From: Candidatus Magasanikiibacteriota bacterium
GTDB taxonomy: Bacteria; Patescibacteriota; Patescibacteriia; Magasanikbacterales; GWA2-37-8
NCBI GenBank assembly: GCA_030650025.1
Contig: JAUSEN010000029.1
Span: forward strand, 287-64,286
DNA length: 64,000 bases
Reading direction: 5' to 3'
The first letter of the stretch is position 1. Each line of letters begins with the position of its first letter. The position numbers and the translations under genes are program-made. Below are positions 53,449 to 63,982 of the stretch, piece by piece. The notes under the pieces are model-generated. The model was not told the DNA's origin, searched no databases, and worked only from the letters and a program-made list of their open reading frames with translations.

Positions 53449-55266
53449 TTACTGGTTTTTAAAAAATTGGTCATACCACGCGGCGAGCATAATTAAAGAC
53501 CAAATTTTCTTGTCATTACCCGCCGTTGGTTTTTTTACAATGGTTTGGAGCGCGGCGTTATTAAACCCGAGGCGCGGCAGTACTCTCTCGAGCAAATTTT
53601 CTTGGATCTGCTCGAGCGCCGTGGCTTTAAGCCAGTTTTTAATTGGAAAATCAAACCCCTGCTTAGGCCGATCAATACAAGCGCCGGGCAGGAAGCGCCG
53701 CGCGATTTTTTTAAAAATTATTTTTTTATTCCAGATATTAAATTTTAAATTAATTGGCATCTTAGCGGTTAGTTCGATTAGTTCCTGGTCGAGGAGCGGG
53801 GAGCGGACTTCTAGCGAGTGCGCCATACTCGCAATATCGACTTTGGGAATGAGTCCGCCTGGTAAATGAGCGGTAAACCCCGCGTAGAGAATTTGGTCCA
53901 GTTCGTTGGTAATATTTTTGTTCAGTTCAATGTTTCTTGGCGCGCGAAAAGCCTCCGGCCACAAAGCCTTTTTTTCTTCAGCCGTAAAAATATTCGTAAT
54001 GCTATCATAAGTCTCGGCAGGAGAAGCGTTCGCGAGAGCCAAGAGCCGAGCGGCGCGGCGCGCCCCTACGGCGCGGGCGAGCCCAGCGAGAGTTTTACTA
54101 CCGGGGATACGGCGAAGTAGCTGGTGTATGGCCATGGCCTGGTAGCGGTAGTAGCCGCCAAACAGTTCATCCCCGCCATCGCCATTGAGTGCCACTGTCA
54201 ACCCATCCCGCGTAGCCCTACATAAATACCATGTGGGCACGGCCGAGTTATCAGCAAACGGTTCTTCGTACTGGTAGGCCAGTTTAGGAATCAGTTCGAG
54301 CGCGTTCATTGCCAGTATAATTTCGTGGTGCTCCGTGCCGTAGCGGTCGGCCACGAGTTTGGCATAGGGCAATTCGTTGTACGTTTGTTCGGCAAAACCA
54401 ACCGAGTAGGTTTTTATGGGTGTGCTACTCTCGGCGGCCATTAGTGCGACAATTAAGCTGGAATCAATCCCTCCCGACAAATGCGCTCCGAGCGGCACAT
54501 CAGCCATGAGGCGAATTTTAACAGCTTCTCGCAATTTAGAGAGTAATATTTCTTCCCACTCGGGTTTTGTATGCGTGAGTTTTTTAGTAAAATCAATATC
54601 CCAGTAACGCTTTTTTTGAACTTCACCGCTCTCTTTAACAATTAAATAATGCGCCGGTTCTAACTTGGCAATATTTTTAAAGCCCGTGCGCGGGGAGGGC
54701 ACATAGCCGAGCGACAGGTATTCATCTAGCGCCGCAGGGTCCACCTCACGCGCCACGGCCGGATTATTTAAAAACGCTTTTAACTCTGAAGCGAAAATAA
54801 AAGTTTGTTTATCCAAGTAATATTTAAGCGGCTTTTTGCCCACCCGATCACGGGCCACGAACAGCTCTCTTTTGTTAGTATCCCAAATTGCCAAGGCAAA
54901 CATACCGCGGAGCTTCATCAGGCAGGCCGCGCCATATTTTATATATAAATAGATTATTACTTCAGTATCCGAGCGCGATTTAAACACGACGCCGTCCTGT
55001 TCGAGCTCGCGCCGCAAATCCAGAAAATTATAAATTTCGCCGTTAAAAGTTATCCGGTAATTTCCACTCGCGTCACTCATAGGCTGGTGGCCGGCCGGGG
55101 AGAGATCGATAATCGCTAAGCGGCGGTGCCCGAGGCCTAAGGGTCCAGACACAAAAACACCGCTATCATCTGGTCCGCGGTGGGCAATTCTCTCCGCCAT
55201 AATTCTAATTTCGCGTTCTTCAACCGGAACGCCATTAAAATTAAATTTTCCCACGATTCCGCACAT
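53449..55266 (-). CDS. asnB: Asparagine synthetase B-type glutamine amidotransferase (likely sugar-acid amidotransferase in this context)
   Basis: The N-terminal MCGIVG is the Ntn catalytic Cys2. The SGGIDSS PP-loop is present. Length is 605 aa. Confidence 0.8.
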   Translation of the reverse strand: MCGIVGKFNFNGVPVEEREIRIMAERIAHRGPDDSGVFVSGPLGLGHRRLAIIDLSPAGHQPMSDASGNYRITFNGEIYNFLDLRRELEQDGVVFKSRSDTEVIIYLYIKYGAACLMKLRGMFALAIWDTNKRELFVARDRVGKKPLKYYLDKQTFIFASELKAFLNNPAVAREVDPAALDEYLSLGYVPSPRTGFKNIAKLEPAHYLIVKESGEVQKKRYWDIDFTKKLTHTKPEWEEILLSKLREAVKIRLMADVPLGAHLSGGIDSSLIVALMAAESSTPIKTYSVGFAEQTYNELPYAKLVADRYGTEHHEIILAMNALELIPKLAYQYEEPFADNSAVPTWYLCRATRDGLTVALNGDGGDELFGGYYRYQAMAIHQLLRRIPGSKTLAGLARAVGARRAARLLALANASPAETYDSITNIFTAEEKKALWPEAFRAPRNIELNKNITNELDQILYAGFTAHLPGGLIPKVDIASMAHSLEVRSPLLDQELIELTAKMPINLKFNIWNKKIIFKKIARRFLPGACIDRPKQGFDFPIKNWLKATALEQIQENLLERVLPRLGFNNAALQTIVKKPTAGNDKKIWSLIMLAAWYDQFFKNQ

Positions 55267-55278
55267 ATAATTACTTAC

Positions 55279-56412
55279 TTAAGAAGCATAGAGTTTTTGG
55301 TAAGAGGCCACTGTCGTTGTCACCGCAAAATCTTTAGCCCGCTCCGCGGCTAGCTGTGATAATTTTATCCTGGCCGAAGGATTCATTGCCAGATGATTAA
55401 TTTGGTTAACCAGGCCCGGGCTGTCGTTCAACCCGAAAAATAAAGCGGCCTCTCGAAGAGTTTCTCGATTAGGGGGGATATCGCTCGCAATAATTGGTAG
55501 TTGAACGTTTAGAGCCTCGAGGAGCGTTAAGGACATTCCTTCATAGCGGGAGGGGAGCACAAAAATATCAAACGCTGGCAAAAATCGGGACGCCTTTTCG
55601 ATTCCGCCCGTAAAGATCACGCGGTCATTTAAGTGGAGCTTAGTGGCTAAATTTTTTAGATTTAATTCTTCCGGGCCATCGCCAATAATTAAAAATACCA
55701 TTTCGGCAGGCAGAGCTTTATTTTGGGCCAAAGCATTTAATAGCCAAGCGTAGTTTTTTTGGTAAGCTAACCGGCCAATTGAGCCGACCAGAAATTTATT
55801 ATTGACAAATTCTTTTCCGATAATCGCGGCGAGCTCGGCGCGCGCTTCTTCTTTGCCCCACCCTTCTCTTGGCAAGTTAACGCCATTATAAATAACCCGG
55901 CTGTTTTTGGCTAGGTTCAGCTTACGGGCCGCGGTTTGGTTAACTTCCGAAACAAAGACCTGGTGGTCGCAAAATTTTAACAATAACCAAAACAGTATTT
56001 TATAAACCCCGCGCGTTAAAGTGTTCTTATAATTTTCGTCTAGTATTGATAAACCTCGCCACGTAAAGACTACTTTTGGTCCAGGTTTTATAAGTTTAGC
56101 GCCAAGAGCCGCGAATAATGTGTTAGTGCTGTTGCAATGAAGTACCTGATAGTTGGATTTAATTAAAAATCGCCGTAGCTCCCAAATAAATAGCAAATTA
56201 GTAATCGGGTTGAGAGTGCGTTTTAAATGCTTAAATTTAACAAAATTAATTCCGGATTTTTTCAGTTCATTTTCCAGGTACCACCCTTCGCCAAACCCTA
56301 CGGCGACGTCCCCTCCACGCGCTTTGAGCCCCGTGGCCAAAACCAAGACCGATTGTTGCGCGCCGCCGAGCTCTCCCTTAGTTATTAATAGCAGAACCTT
56401 CATAATTGCCAA
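55279..56412 (-). CDS. Glycosyltransferase family 4
   Basis: IFVLPSRYEGMSLTLLEALNVQLPIIASDIPPNRETL. Confidence 0.6.
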   Translation of the reverse strand: MAIMKVLLLITKGELGGAQQSVLVLATGLKARGGDVAVGFGEGWYLENELKKSGINFVKFKHLKRTLNPITNLLFIWELRRFLIKSNYQVLHCNSTNTLFAALGAKLIKPGPKVVFTWRGLSILDENYKNTLTRGVYKILFWLLLKFCDHQVFVSEVNQTAARKLNLAKNSRVIYNGVNLPREGWGKEEARAELAAIIGKEFVNNKFLVGSIGRLAYQKNYAWLLNALAQNKALPAEMVFLIIGDGPEELNLKNLATKLHLNDRVIFTGGIEKASRFLPAFDIFVLPSRYEGMSLTLLEALNVQLPIIASDIPPNRETLREAALFFGLNDSPGLVNQINHLAMNPSARIKLSQLAAERAKDFAVTTTVASYQKLYAS

Positions 56413-56475
56413 AGCTTGAATATTTTAGCGCCAAGTTATATAATAACGCAGTTAGTATTAACGCTTTTTAAGGAT

Positions 56476-57867
56476 ATGCGAATTATCTATATCGGTTCCG
56501 GTTTTGTGGGCGCTTGCAGCGCCGCGGTAGCGGCGGGGAGCGGGCACGACACTCTGGTTTATGATATTGATCAGAACAAGATAGACTTGCTTAGTTCTGG
56601 CGATCGCGCCCGGATCGAATCCTGTCTTTTTGAAGAAGGTTTAAGTGATTTGCTGGTGCGCAATAGCGAGCGTATCCATTTTACCACAAATTACTCTAAA
56701 GTAAAGGAGTATTTGGCCGCGGCCGCGGCTGTATTCTTGTGTTTGCCGACGCCCGAAATTGCCGAAACAGGCGAGAGTAATATGAGTTATTATTGGGCCG
56801 CGTGCGAGGTGCTGGCTAAAGCGATGGCCGAGCGCGCTCAAGGCGCGCAAAGCAACCACATCACCATTATAAATAAAAGCACGGTGCCGATTGGCACAGC
56901 GCGAACAATTGAAGATTTTTTTAAAAACCAAGGCGTTAAAAATTTTGGTATCGCGGCTAACCCCGAATTCTTAGTAGAAGGCAAAGCTATCTTGGGCTCT
57001 CTTAAACCCGATCGTATCGTGGTCGGGGCTTCTGCCCCCGAGGATTTCGCTATTTTGCGCGGCATTTACCAGCGTTTTACCGATTCACCAACTACCGAGT
57101 ATCTCGAAGTTACTCCTTCCGAGGCCGAGGCGGGCAAGCTCCTGGCCAACTTTTATTTGTTTAACCGGTTGGCAGTTTGTTTTGATGTTATCGGGCGCAC
57201 TGCCGAGACTTTTAAAGATATTAAATTTGAAAGCCTGCGCCGTATTTTAACCTCTGACCCCCGCATTGGCGGGTGGGGGTTTTATGACAGCCTGTATGCG
57301 GGTGGCAGCTGCTTTATCAAAGATTCCCGGTCCTTAGCTACCCAGTTCGAAAAAAACGGCGCGGCCTCGCCTTTAGTCCAAAATACTTACCAGGCTAACG
57401 AACGCCAGCTGGAGCAATTTTTGAAGCGTGCTAACACGGAAGCAAATTTTTCTTTTCAAGGCCAAACCATAACTATTTTAGGGGTGGCTTTTAAACGCGA
57501 CACTAATGACGTGCGCCATAGCCCGGCTTTTAAAATTGTTAGCCGCTTAGGAGATGAGGGCGTTGCCAAAATTAATATCTACGATCCGGCCGCGGCCGCT
57601 TATTTTAAAGCCGCTCTAGAGGGCAACAATAAACTTAATTTTTTTGATTCTGCCGAAGAAGCTATGGAGTCGGCGAGTGCTATTATTATCGCCACTGACT
57701 GGCCGCAATTTCGCGGGCTAGCCGATGTTTTGCTTAGCCCGAAGTTTACCGCCCGCCCTCTTATTATGGATGGCCGGCGCATGCTCCAGCACCGCTACCA
57801 GGATTTAGAGTCCGCTGGTTTTAGCATTATTGCCGTGGGTTCGCCGTTTATCCGTGCTCTCCAATAA
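56476..57867 (+). CDS. Nucleotide-sugar 6-dehydrogenase (UDP-glucose/GDP-mannose dehydrogenase family)
   Basis: MRIIYIGSGFVGACSAAV is a Rossmann N-terminus. The central catalytic domain contains GGSCFIKD. The start is set at the ATG at 56476. Confidence 0.75.
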   Translation: MRIIYIGSGFVGACSAAVAAGSGHDTLVYDIDQNKIDLLSSGDRARIESCLFEEGLSDLLVRNSERIHFTTNYSKVKEYLAAAAAVFLCLPTPEIAETGESNMSYYWAACEVLAKAMAERAQGAQSNHITIINKSTVPIGTARTIEDFFKNQGVKNFGIAANPEFLVEGKAILGSLKPDRIVVGASAPEDFAILRGIYQRFTDSPTTEYLEVTPSEAEAGKLLANFYLFNRLAVCFDVIGRTAETFKDIKFESLRRILTSDPRIGGWGFYDSLYAGGSCFIKDSRSLATQFEKNGAASPLVQNTYQANERQLEQFLKRANTEANFSFQGQTITILGVAFKRDTNDVRHSPAFKIVSRLGDEGVAKINIYDPAAAAYFKAALEGNNKLNFFDSAEEAMESASAIIIATDWPQFRGLADVLLSPKFTARPLIMDGRRMLQHRYQDLESAGFSIIAVGSPFIRALQ

Positions 57868-57871
57868 CTTT

Positions 57872-59173
57872 ATGGTAACGCTTGAGGCACTTAAAAATAA
57901 ATCAGAATCCGTGGCCATAGTCGGCCTTGGCTATGTTGGTTTGCCATTGGCCGTGGAATTGGCCAAACATTTTGCTGTGACCGGCTTTGATATTAGTCAG
58001 CGCCGCGTGGCCGATTTAAAATCCGGCGTGGATTACACCAGAGAAGTTTTACCCGAAAAATTAAGCCAAGCCAAAATTCACTATACCGCGGACCCCACGG
58101 AATTAAACCAATGCCAATTTATTATTGTCGCGGTACCAACGCCCATTGACAAAAATAATAACCCGGATTTAAGTTTGGTCGTAAGCGCCTCAAAAATTGT
58201 CGGCCAAAATTTCAGTGCTGGTTCCATAATTTCGTACGAATCAACCGTTTACCCGGGCGTCACCGAGGATGTTTGTCTGCCCATTCTGGCCGCGGAATCA
58301 GGCCTCAAAGCGCACCAAGACTTTAAAATTGCTTATTCGCCAGAACGCGTCAACCCGGGTGATCGCGAGCACACGATTGATAAAATTACCAAAGTAGTTT
58401 CGGCCGAAGATGCCGAATCACTAGAGGTGGTAGCGGGAGTTTATGGCGCTATCACCAAAGTATTCAGTGCCGCCTCTATCAAAGTCGCCGAAGCGGCCAA
58501 AGTAATCGAAAATACCCAGCGCGATTTAAATATCGCGCTCATGAATGAGCTGGCCATAATTTTCAACAAAATGGGTTTTAGCATTTATGATGTTTTGGCC
58601 GCCGCTGATACTAAATGGAATTTTTTGAATTTTAAACCCGGGCTAGTCGGCGGCCACTGCATTGGGGTGGACCCGTACTATTTAACGCACCGCGCCGCCG
58701 AGCTTGGCTATAAATCAGAAGTTATTTTATCGGGTCGTAAAATTAACGATAGTATGGCAGAGTGGCTCGCCTCTCAAATTTCTGCTAAACTACTAACCAC
58801 ACACCCTCTAAGTCAAAAGCCCTCTGTTCTAGTAGGCGGAATTACTTTTAAAGAAAATATTCCCGATGTGCGCAATTCCAAAGCCGCCGATTTAGTAAGA
58901 GCGCTCGAAAACAAGGGCATCACCGTCTATGTGATTGACCCCGAGGCGGACAGAGAATCAGTTGAGCGCGAGTATGGCCTCACGCTCTCGAATTTAGACG
59001 CCGTTCCTAAAGTCAACGCTATTATTATGGCGGTCGCTCACCAAAAATTTCAGGAGCTTGACTTGCAAGCTTGGCGCGCCTATTGCACAAAGAACCCGCT
59101 TTTGTTTGATATCAAAAAAATGTTTACCGCTTCGGCGGCTGAATCCGCCGGCTTTAACTATTGGACTTTATAA
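57872..59173 (+). CDS. UDP-N-acetyl-hexosamine 6-dehydrogenase (WecC/WbpA/Cap5O-like)
   Basis: VAIVGLGYVGLPLAVELAK...GGHCIGVDPYY matches the WecC/WbpA-like subfamily. The start is set at the ATG at 57872. Confidence 0.7.
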   Translation: MVTLEALKNKSESVAIVGLGYVGLPLAVELAKHFAVTGFDISQRRVADLKSGVDYTREVLPEKLSQAKIHYTADPTELNQCQFIIVAVPTPIDKNNNPDLSLVVSASKIVGQNFSAGSIISYESTVYPGVTEDVCLPILAAESGLKAHQDFKIAYSPERVNPGDREHTIDKITKVVSAEDAESLEVVAGVYGAITKVFSAASIKVAEAAKVIENTQRDLNIALMNELAIIFNKMGFSIYDVLAAADTKWNFLNFKPGLVGGHCIGVDPYYLTHRAAELGYKSEVILSGRKINDSMAEWLASQISAKLLTTHPLSQKPSVLVGGITFKENIPDVRNSKAADLVRALENKGITVYVIDPEADRESVEREYGLTLSNLDAVPKVNAIIMAVAHQKFQELDLQAWRAYCTKNPLLFDIKKMFTASAAESAGFNYWTL

Positions 59174-59176
59174 TTT

Positions 59177-60091
59177 ATGGCCAAATACCTTGTTACCGGC
59201 GGCGCTGGTTTTATCGGCACCAATTTAGTTAAAAAACTTTTAGAAGACAACCACGTTGTCACTGTCATTGACAATTACGCGTCCGGCCGCCTGCCCGATC
59301 GAGTCCTGGCCGGCGCTGAATATATCGAAGCCGATATCCGTGATTTTAATGCTGTCAAACAAGCTTGCCAGGGGGTAGACGGCATTTTTCATTTGGCCGC
59401 TTTACCGCGCGTGTTATTTTCGGTAGAGCACCCTCTTGCCACTCATGATGTTAATATTAATGGCACGTTTAATGTGCTTTTAGCCGCCCGCGATACTGGC
59501 GTTAAACGAGTTGTTTTTTCCACTTCCTCGGCCGCTTACGGCGACCAGGCAGTTTACCCGCTTAAAGAAGACGGGATTATCAAAAAACCAGTCAGCCCTT
59601 ATGGCTTTCATAAATTAGTGGGAGAGGAGTATTGCCGGTTATTTTCTGAACTTTATAAATTAGAAACCGTCTCGCTTTGCTATTTTAATATTTACGGCCC
59701 GCATTTTGACCCGAAGGGCGCTTACGCTTTGGTAATTGGGCGTTTCTTAAAACTGCGCCAAGAGGGCAAGCCGCTTACGGTAAGAGGGGACGGCGAAATG
59801 TTTCGCGACTACACCCATGTTTTTGACGCTGTCACCGCGAACATTTTAGCTATGACTAAAAATACCGTGGGCCACGGAGAAGTTATTAACATTGGTTATG
59901 GTGAGCCTCACTCGGTCAATGAAATCGTTAAACTAATTGGCGGTGATTTTGTCTTTGTGGATCCTTTGCCTGGTGAGATGAAGTTTACTCATGCCGATAA
60001 TTCCAAAGCGCGAGAGTTATTGGGCTGGCAGCCGACCATTGATTTGGCCGAGGGTATCGCGCGGCTTAAACAGGAGTGGCATTTGGACTAA
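59177..60091 (+). CDS. NAD-dependent nucleotide-sugar epimerase/dehydratase (UDP-hexose 4-epimerase or UDP-glucuronate decarboxylase-like)
   Basis: YLVTGGAGFIGTNLVKKLL...YGFHKLVGE are the SDR motifs TGGAGFIG and YxxxK. Confidence 0.6.
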   Translation: MAKYLVTGGAGFIGTNLVKKLLEDNHVVTVIDNYASGRLPDRVLAGAEYIEADIRDFNAVKQACQGVDGIFHLAALPRVLFSVEHPLATHDVNINGTFNVLLAARDTGVKRVVFSTSSAAYGDQAVYPLKEDGIIKKPVSPYGFHKLVGEEYCRLFSELYKLETVSLCYFNIYGPHFDPKGAYALVIGRFLKLRQEGKPLTVRGDGEMFRDYTHVFDAVTANILAMTKNTVGHGEVINIGYGEPHSVNEIVKLIGGDFVFVDPLPGEMKFTHADNSKARELLGWQPTIDLAEGIARLKQEWHLD

Positions 60092-60110
60092 TCAGTTCCC
60101 GCTCAAATTA

Positions 60111-60141
60111 AAAAACCTCTCCAGTTTAGGGAGAGGTTTTT
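60111..60141. terminator. Bidirectional intrinsic terminator between convergent genes
   Basis: aaaaaCCTCTCCagtttagGGAGAGGttttt is a 7-bp stem flanked by an A-run and a T-run. It sits between the end of the epimerase gene (60091) and the end of rpmA (60159). Confidence 0.7.
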
Positions 60142-60158
60142 AAGTTAACAAAAAAATC

Positions 60159-60437
60159 TTACGCCGCGACTACTTGCACAAACTTAGCCGGACGCAAATT
60201 ACCATCAAAGCGCAGACGTTTGTGGTGATAAAACTTCACTTTGCCGGCTATTTTAGCGTACAAAGTATCATCGCCGCCGCGCTTAACATTCGTGCCAGCA
60301 TGCCATTTACTGCCGCGCTGGCGCACTATAATCATGCCCGCTTTAATAACCTGGCCATCATGGATTTTAACGCCCAATCTTTGGGCTTGCGAATCGCGCC
60401 CGAGCCGTGTGGAGCCGCCCGCTTTCTTATGTGACAT
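60159..60437 (-). CDS. rpmA: 50S ribosomal protein L27
   Basis: [61 protein letters not shown] is canonical L27. Confidence 0.95.
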   Translation of the reverse strand: MSHKKAGGSTRLGRDSQAQRLGVKIHDGQVIKAGMIIVRQRGSKWHAGTNVKRGGDDTLYAKIAGKVKFYHHKRLRFDGNLRPAKFVQVVAA

Positions 60438-60613
60438 ATGAATTATTCGAAATAATGCGATTTAACGAAATCGTGCCGAGTGACGACTATTTAAACTCGG
60501 CCCGCGCAACGACATTTAAAGCGCGGCGCAATATTGATTAATTTAAGTCCGGATAGTATAATATAAAAACATGGTACTTGTCAAGGCCATTTTTTGCCTT
60601 ATTTTAAAGATCT

Positions 60614-60964
60614 ATGTATTTACCCCGTTTATTTATTAAAGATTGGTGGGTCGCCTCTCCCATGGCGATTTGCATTTTAACCCAAGGTTATTTGTGGTGG
60701 TATTTAAGCGCCCATCTCGAGCCCTCTGCCGAGCAGTTTTTTTTGCATTATAACAGCGTTTTTGGGGTGGATCTGGTGGGGCCGTGGTGGCAGGTATTTT
60801 TGGCGCCGCTCGGGGGGTTAATCCTAATCGCTCTAAATTTTGGTGTGGGTCTATTTTTGTATAATCGCGACCGATTTTTATCTCGCGCTCTCTCGGTGGC
60901 GGCCGCCATCTTTCTTTTGGGCTTAGTTATTACCGCCCATATGCTGGTAGGCATAAATAGTTAA
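60614..60964 (+). CDS. Small hypothetical integral membrane protein (3-4 TM)
   Basis: Hydrophobic 116-aa ORF ending 1 nt before the ftsW/rodA start. Confidence 0.4.
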   Translation: MYLPRLFIKDWWVASPMAICILTQGYLWWYLSAHLEPSAEQFFLHYNSVFGVDLVGPWWQVFLAPLGGLILIALNFGVGLFLYNRDRFLSRALSVAAAIFLLGLVITAHMLVGINS

Positions 60965-60965
60965 T

Positions 60966-62087
60966 ATGCGCCTTGTGGTCCCCAAGCGCCTCCTCGATCG
61001 CCAATTAATTATTTACTTATCAATTTTGGTTTTAGCGGGCTTGGTGGTATTAATTTCGGCCAGCGCCCCTCAAGGATATGCTAAATTCAATGATGGTTAT
61101 TTTTTCTTAAAACGCCAAATTGCCTATGGGTTATTGCCCGGGCTGGTATTTTTTTTATACCTGTCGCGCCGCGATTACCAGTGGACAGCCAAGCGAGCCT
61201 ATTTAATTTATTTTCTCTCGCTCATTCTTTTAGCCAGCGTTTTTATTCCTGGCCTCGGCACGGTTTTAAATGGTTCCCGGAGCTGGATAAGTCTCGGCGG
61301 TTTCACTGTTCAGCCTTCCGAATTTGCCAAATTAGGAATTATAATTATGGCCGCCTATTTACTTAGTCGCCGTCAAATCAATTGGGGTAATTGGTCGCAA
61401 AGCCTTTTACCAATGCTCGCCGTGCTCGCTCCGGCCCTTGGACTAGTCTTGGCCGAGCCAGACGTTGGCACACTGTCTATTTTGGTATTTATTATCTGCG
61501 CCCTGTTTTTTGTGGCGGGTATCCCGTATCGGTTGTTGCTTCTTCTTGGTAGTTTGAGTTTAGCGGGCTTAGTAATTTTGATACTAGTGGCGCCTTATCG
61601 TTTGGAGCGCATCACCACCTTTCTGCATCCCGAACTTGATCCGCAGGGCGTTGGTTACCATATCAACCAGGCTTTTCTCGCCATCGGTTCGGGCGGTTTT
61701 TGGGGCCTCGGTTATGGCGCCTCGCGGCAGAAGTTCCAATACTTGCCCGAAACCAGCGCTGACTCTATTTTCGCTGTGGTTGCTGAAGAGAATGGTTTTT
61801 TAATTGCCTCGGCCTTGGTCATTTTATTTTTCCTAATCGGCTGGCGCGGGTTACGAATCGCGCGGGAAGCTAGCGACAGCTTTGGTAAATATTTGGTTTT
61901 TGGCGTCACGGTTTGGTTTTTGTGGCAAGCTACTCTTAACATTGGCGCTATGGTTGGCATTCTGCCCTTGACGGGCGTCCCTTTGCCCTTAGTTTCGCAT
62001 GGCGGTAGCGCCTATATTGCCATGTTGATTGGCTGGGCTTTGGTAGTAAGCGTCAGCCGCGGATCTAAAAAATTAGCCACCAGTTAA
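60966..62087 (+). CDS. SEDS-family peptidoglycan glycosyltransferase (FtsW/RodA)
   Basis: Ten TM segments with the conserved FtsW/RodA region GYHINQAFLAIGSGGFWGLGYGASRQKFQYLPETSADSIFAVVAEENGF. Confidence 0.85.
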   Translation: MRLVVPKRLLDRQLIIYLSILVLAGLVVLISASAPQGYAKFNDGYFFLKRQIAYGLLPGLVFFLYLSRRDYQWTAKRAYLIYFLSLILLASVFIPGLGTVLNGSRSWISLGGFTVQPSEFAKLGIIIMAAYLLSRRQINWGNWSQSLLPMLAVLAPALGLVLAEPDVGTLSILVFIICALFFVAGIPYRLLLLLGSLSLAGLVILILVAPYRLERITTFLHPELDPQGVGYHINQAFLAIGSGGFWGLGYGASRQKFQYLPETSADSIFAVVAEENGFLIASALVILFFLIGWRGLRIAREASDSFGKYLVFGVTVWFLWQATLNIGAMVGILPLTGVPLPLVSHGGSAYIAMLIGWALVVSVSRGSKKLATS

Positions 62088-62091
62088 TTAT

Positions 62092-63102
62092 ATGAAAATT
62101 TTAGTTACCGGTGGAGCCGGGTTTATTGGTTCCAATTTTATTCACTATGTCTTGGCCAATCACCCCGAGGATATTATCATTAATTTTGATGCCTTGACTT
62201 ATGCCGGTAATTTAGCTAACCTCGCCGCTGTGGCCCAAAATCCGCGTTATAGCTTTTTTAAAGCCGATATTACGGACGCCGCCGCTGTATCAGAGGCCGT
62301 GGCACTCGCTCCCGATGCCATTGTAAATTTTGCCGCCGAAACCCATGTTGATCGGTCTATCATGGACAGTTCCGCCTTTGTTAAAACCAATGTGCTCGGT
62401 GTGCAGATTTTGCTCGAAGCCGCGCGTCAAGCCGGCAACATTCGCTTTCACCATATCTCCACCGATGAAGTTTTTGGCAGTCTCCTGCCCCATGACCCTC
62501 CTTTTAACGAAAACACTCCTTATGCGCCGCGCAGTCCTTATAGCGCCAGCAAAGCCGCGGCCGATTTACTAGTTCGCGCCTATTTTACTACTTATAATTT
62601 ACCGGTCACTATTTCCAACTGCTCCAACAATTATGGCCCTTATCAATTCCCCGAAAAATTGCACGGATTGTTTATTACCAATTTACTAGAAAACAAAAAA
62701 GTTCCAGTTTATGGCGATGGTTTGCAAATCAGAGATTGGCTATATGCCACGGATCACTGCGAAGCCATTGATTTAATACTGCGGCGCGGCCGGCTAGGGG
62801 AGAGCTATTGTATTGGCGGCGCTTCGGAAAAAACAAATTTAGCCATTGCCGAACATCTCTTAAAATTGCTTAATTTGGATCAGAGTTATATTCAGCATGT
62901 CGCTGATCGCCCCGGGCATGACCGGCGCTACGCGCTTAACTTTGATAAACTAAAAAACGAACTGGGCTGGGAGCCCAAGACTAGTTTTGCGGATGGCATG
63001 CAGAAGACAGTTGCGTGGTATAAAGCCAATACGGATTGGTGGCAAAAAATTAAGTCTGGTGAATATCAAGAATATTATAAAAAACAGTATCCGCAGAAAT
63101 AA
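62092..63102 (+). CDS. rfbB: dTDP-glucose 4,6-dehydratase
   Basis: MKILVTGGAGFIGSNFIHYVL, HISTDEVFG and YSASKAAADLLVRAY follow the RfbB pattern. Confidence 0.85.
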   Translation: MKILVTGGAGFIGSNFIHYVLANHPEDIIINFDALTYAGNLANLAAVAQNPRYSFFKADITDAAAVSEAVALAPDAIVNFAAETHVDRSIMDSSAFVKTNVLGVQILLEAARQAGNIRFHHISTDEVFGSLLPHDPPFNENTPYAPRSPYSASKAAADLLVRAYFTTYNLPVTISNCSNNYGPYQFPEKLHGLFITNLLENKKVPVYGDGLQIRDWLYATDHCEAIDLILRRGRLGESYCIGGASEKTNLAIAEHLLKLLNLDQSYIQHVADRPGHDRRYALNFDKLKNELGWEPKTSFADGMQKTVAWYKANTDWWQKIKSGEYQEYYKKQYPQK

Positions 63103-63136
63103 TATCAGCTTTAATAAAACATTAACTCAAACTATT

Positions 63137-63982
63137 ATGAAAATCCTAATCATCGGCCAAGGTTATTTAGGGTCACGTTGCCACGCCGAGTGGGGCGATT
63201 CTGTAATTTCTAACGACCATATCGCGTCTATAGACGATGTTTTGAAGATTTTAAACACTCATGAGCCAGACGTAGTTTTAAATGCCGCTGGCATTGTGGG
63301 TAAGCCTAATGTAGATTGGTGCGAATCACATCAGATGGAAACGATCCAGGGTAATACAATTTTGCCGATTATAATTGCCGAGGCTTGCCAGAAAAAAAAT
63401 ATTTATTTACTTCACATGGGCACGGGGTGTATTTATTATGGCTATGCGGAGGATAAAAACGGCTGGAAAGAATCGGATTACGCTAACCCCGTGGCGGTCT
63501 ACACGCGCGCCAAATATGCCGCGGATTTAGTCTTGGCCACTATGCCAAACATTGGCATTGCCAGAATCCGTATGCCGATTGATAGTATTCCCCATCCTGG
63601 CAATTTAATAAATAAATTAGCGTCATTTTCTAAAGTCATTGACGTAGTAAACAGCGTTACTCTTGTTCCCGATATGATAAAAGTATTTCGTGCGCTTTTA
63701 GAGCAGAAAGCTAGCGGCATTTTTCACGTCACTAACCCGGGCGCGCTTAAACATAAAGAAATTTTGGAACTTTACGAGGAATTAGTAGACCAGAATCATC
63801 ATAACGAATGGATTCAAGAAGGCGATTTGTTAAAACAAGGGTTAGTGAATAAAAAAAGATCTAACAATATTTTGCAGTCGGAGAATTTAGCTAAATTTGG
63901 CATTGCTATGCCAGAGGTTCACGAATCACTGCGCGTTGTAATGTCCGAATACGCGCGCCATAAAACCAATCCCGCCCCTTAA
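63137..63982 (+). CDS. RmlD-like sugar-nucleotide reductase (dTDP-4-dehydrorhamnose reductase family)
   Basis: MKILIIGQGYLGS...NAAGIVGKPNVDWCESHQMETIQGNTILPIIIAEACQKKNIYLLHMGTGCIYYG has an RmlD substrate-binding-domain-like layout. It follows rfbB. The start is set at the ATG at 63137. Confidence 0.45.
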   Translation: MKILIIGQGYLGSRCHAEWGDSVISNDHIASIDDVLKILNTHEPDVVLNAAGIVGKPNVDWCESHQMETIQGNTILPIIIAEACQKKNIYLLHMGTGCIYYGYAEDKNGWKESDYANPVAVYTRAKYAADLVLATMPNIGIARIRMPIDSIPHPGNLINKLASFSKVIDVVNSVTLVPDMIKVFRALLEQKASGIFHVTNPGALKHKEILELYEELVDQNHHNEWIQEGDLLKQGLVNKKRSNNILQSENLAKFGIAMPEVHESLRVVMSEYARHKTNPAP

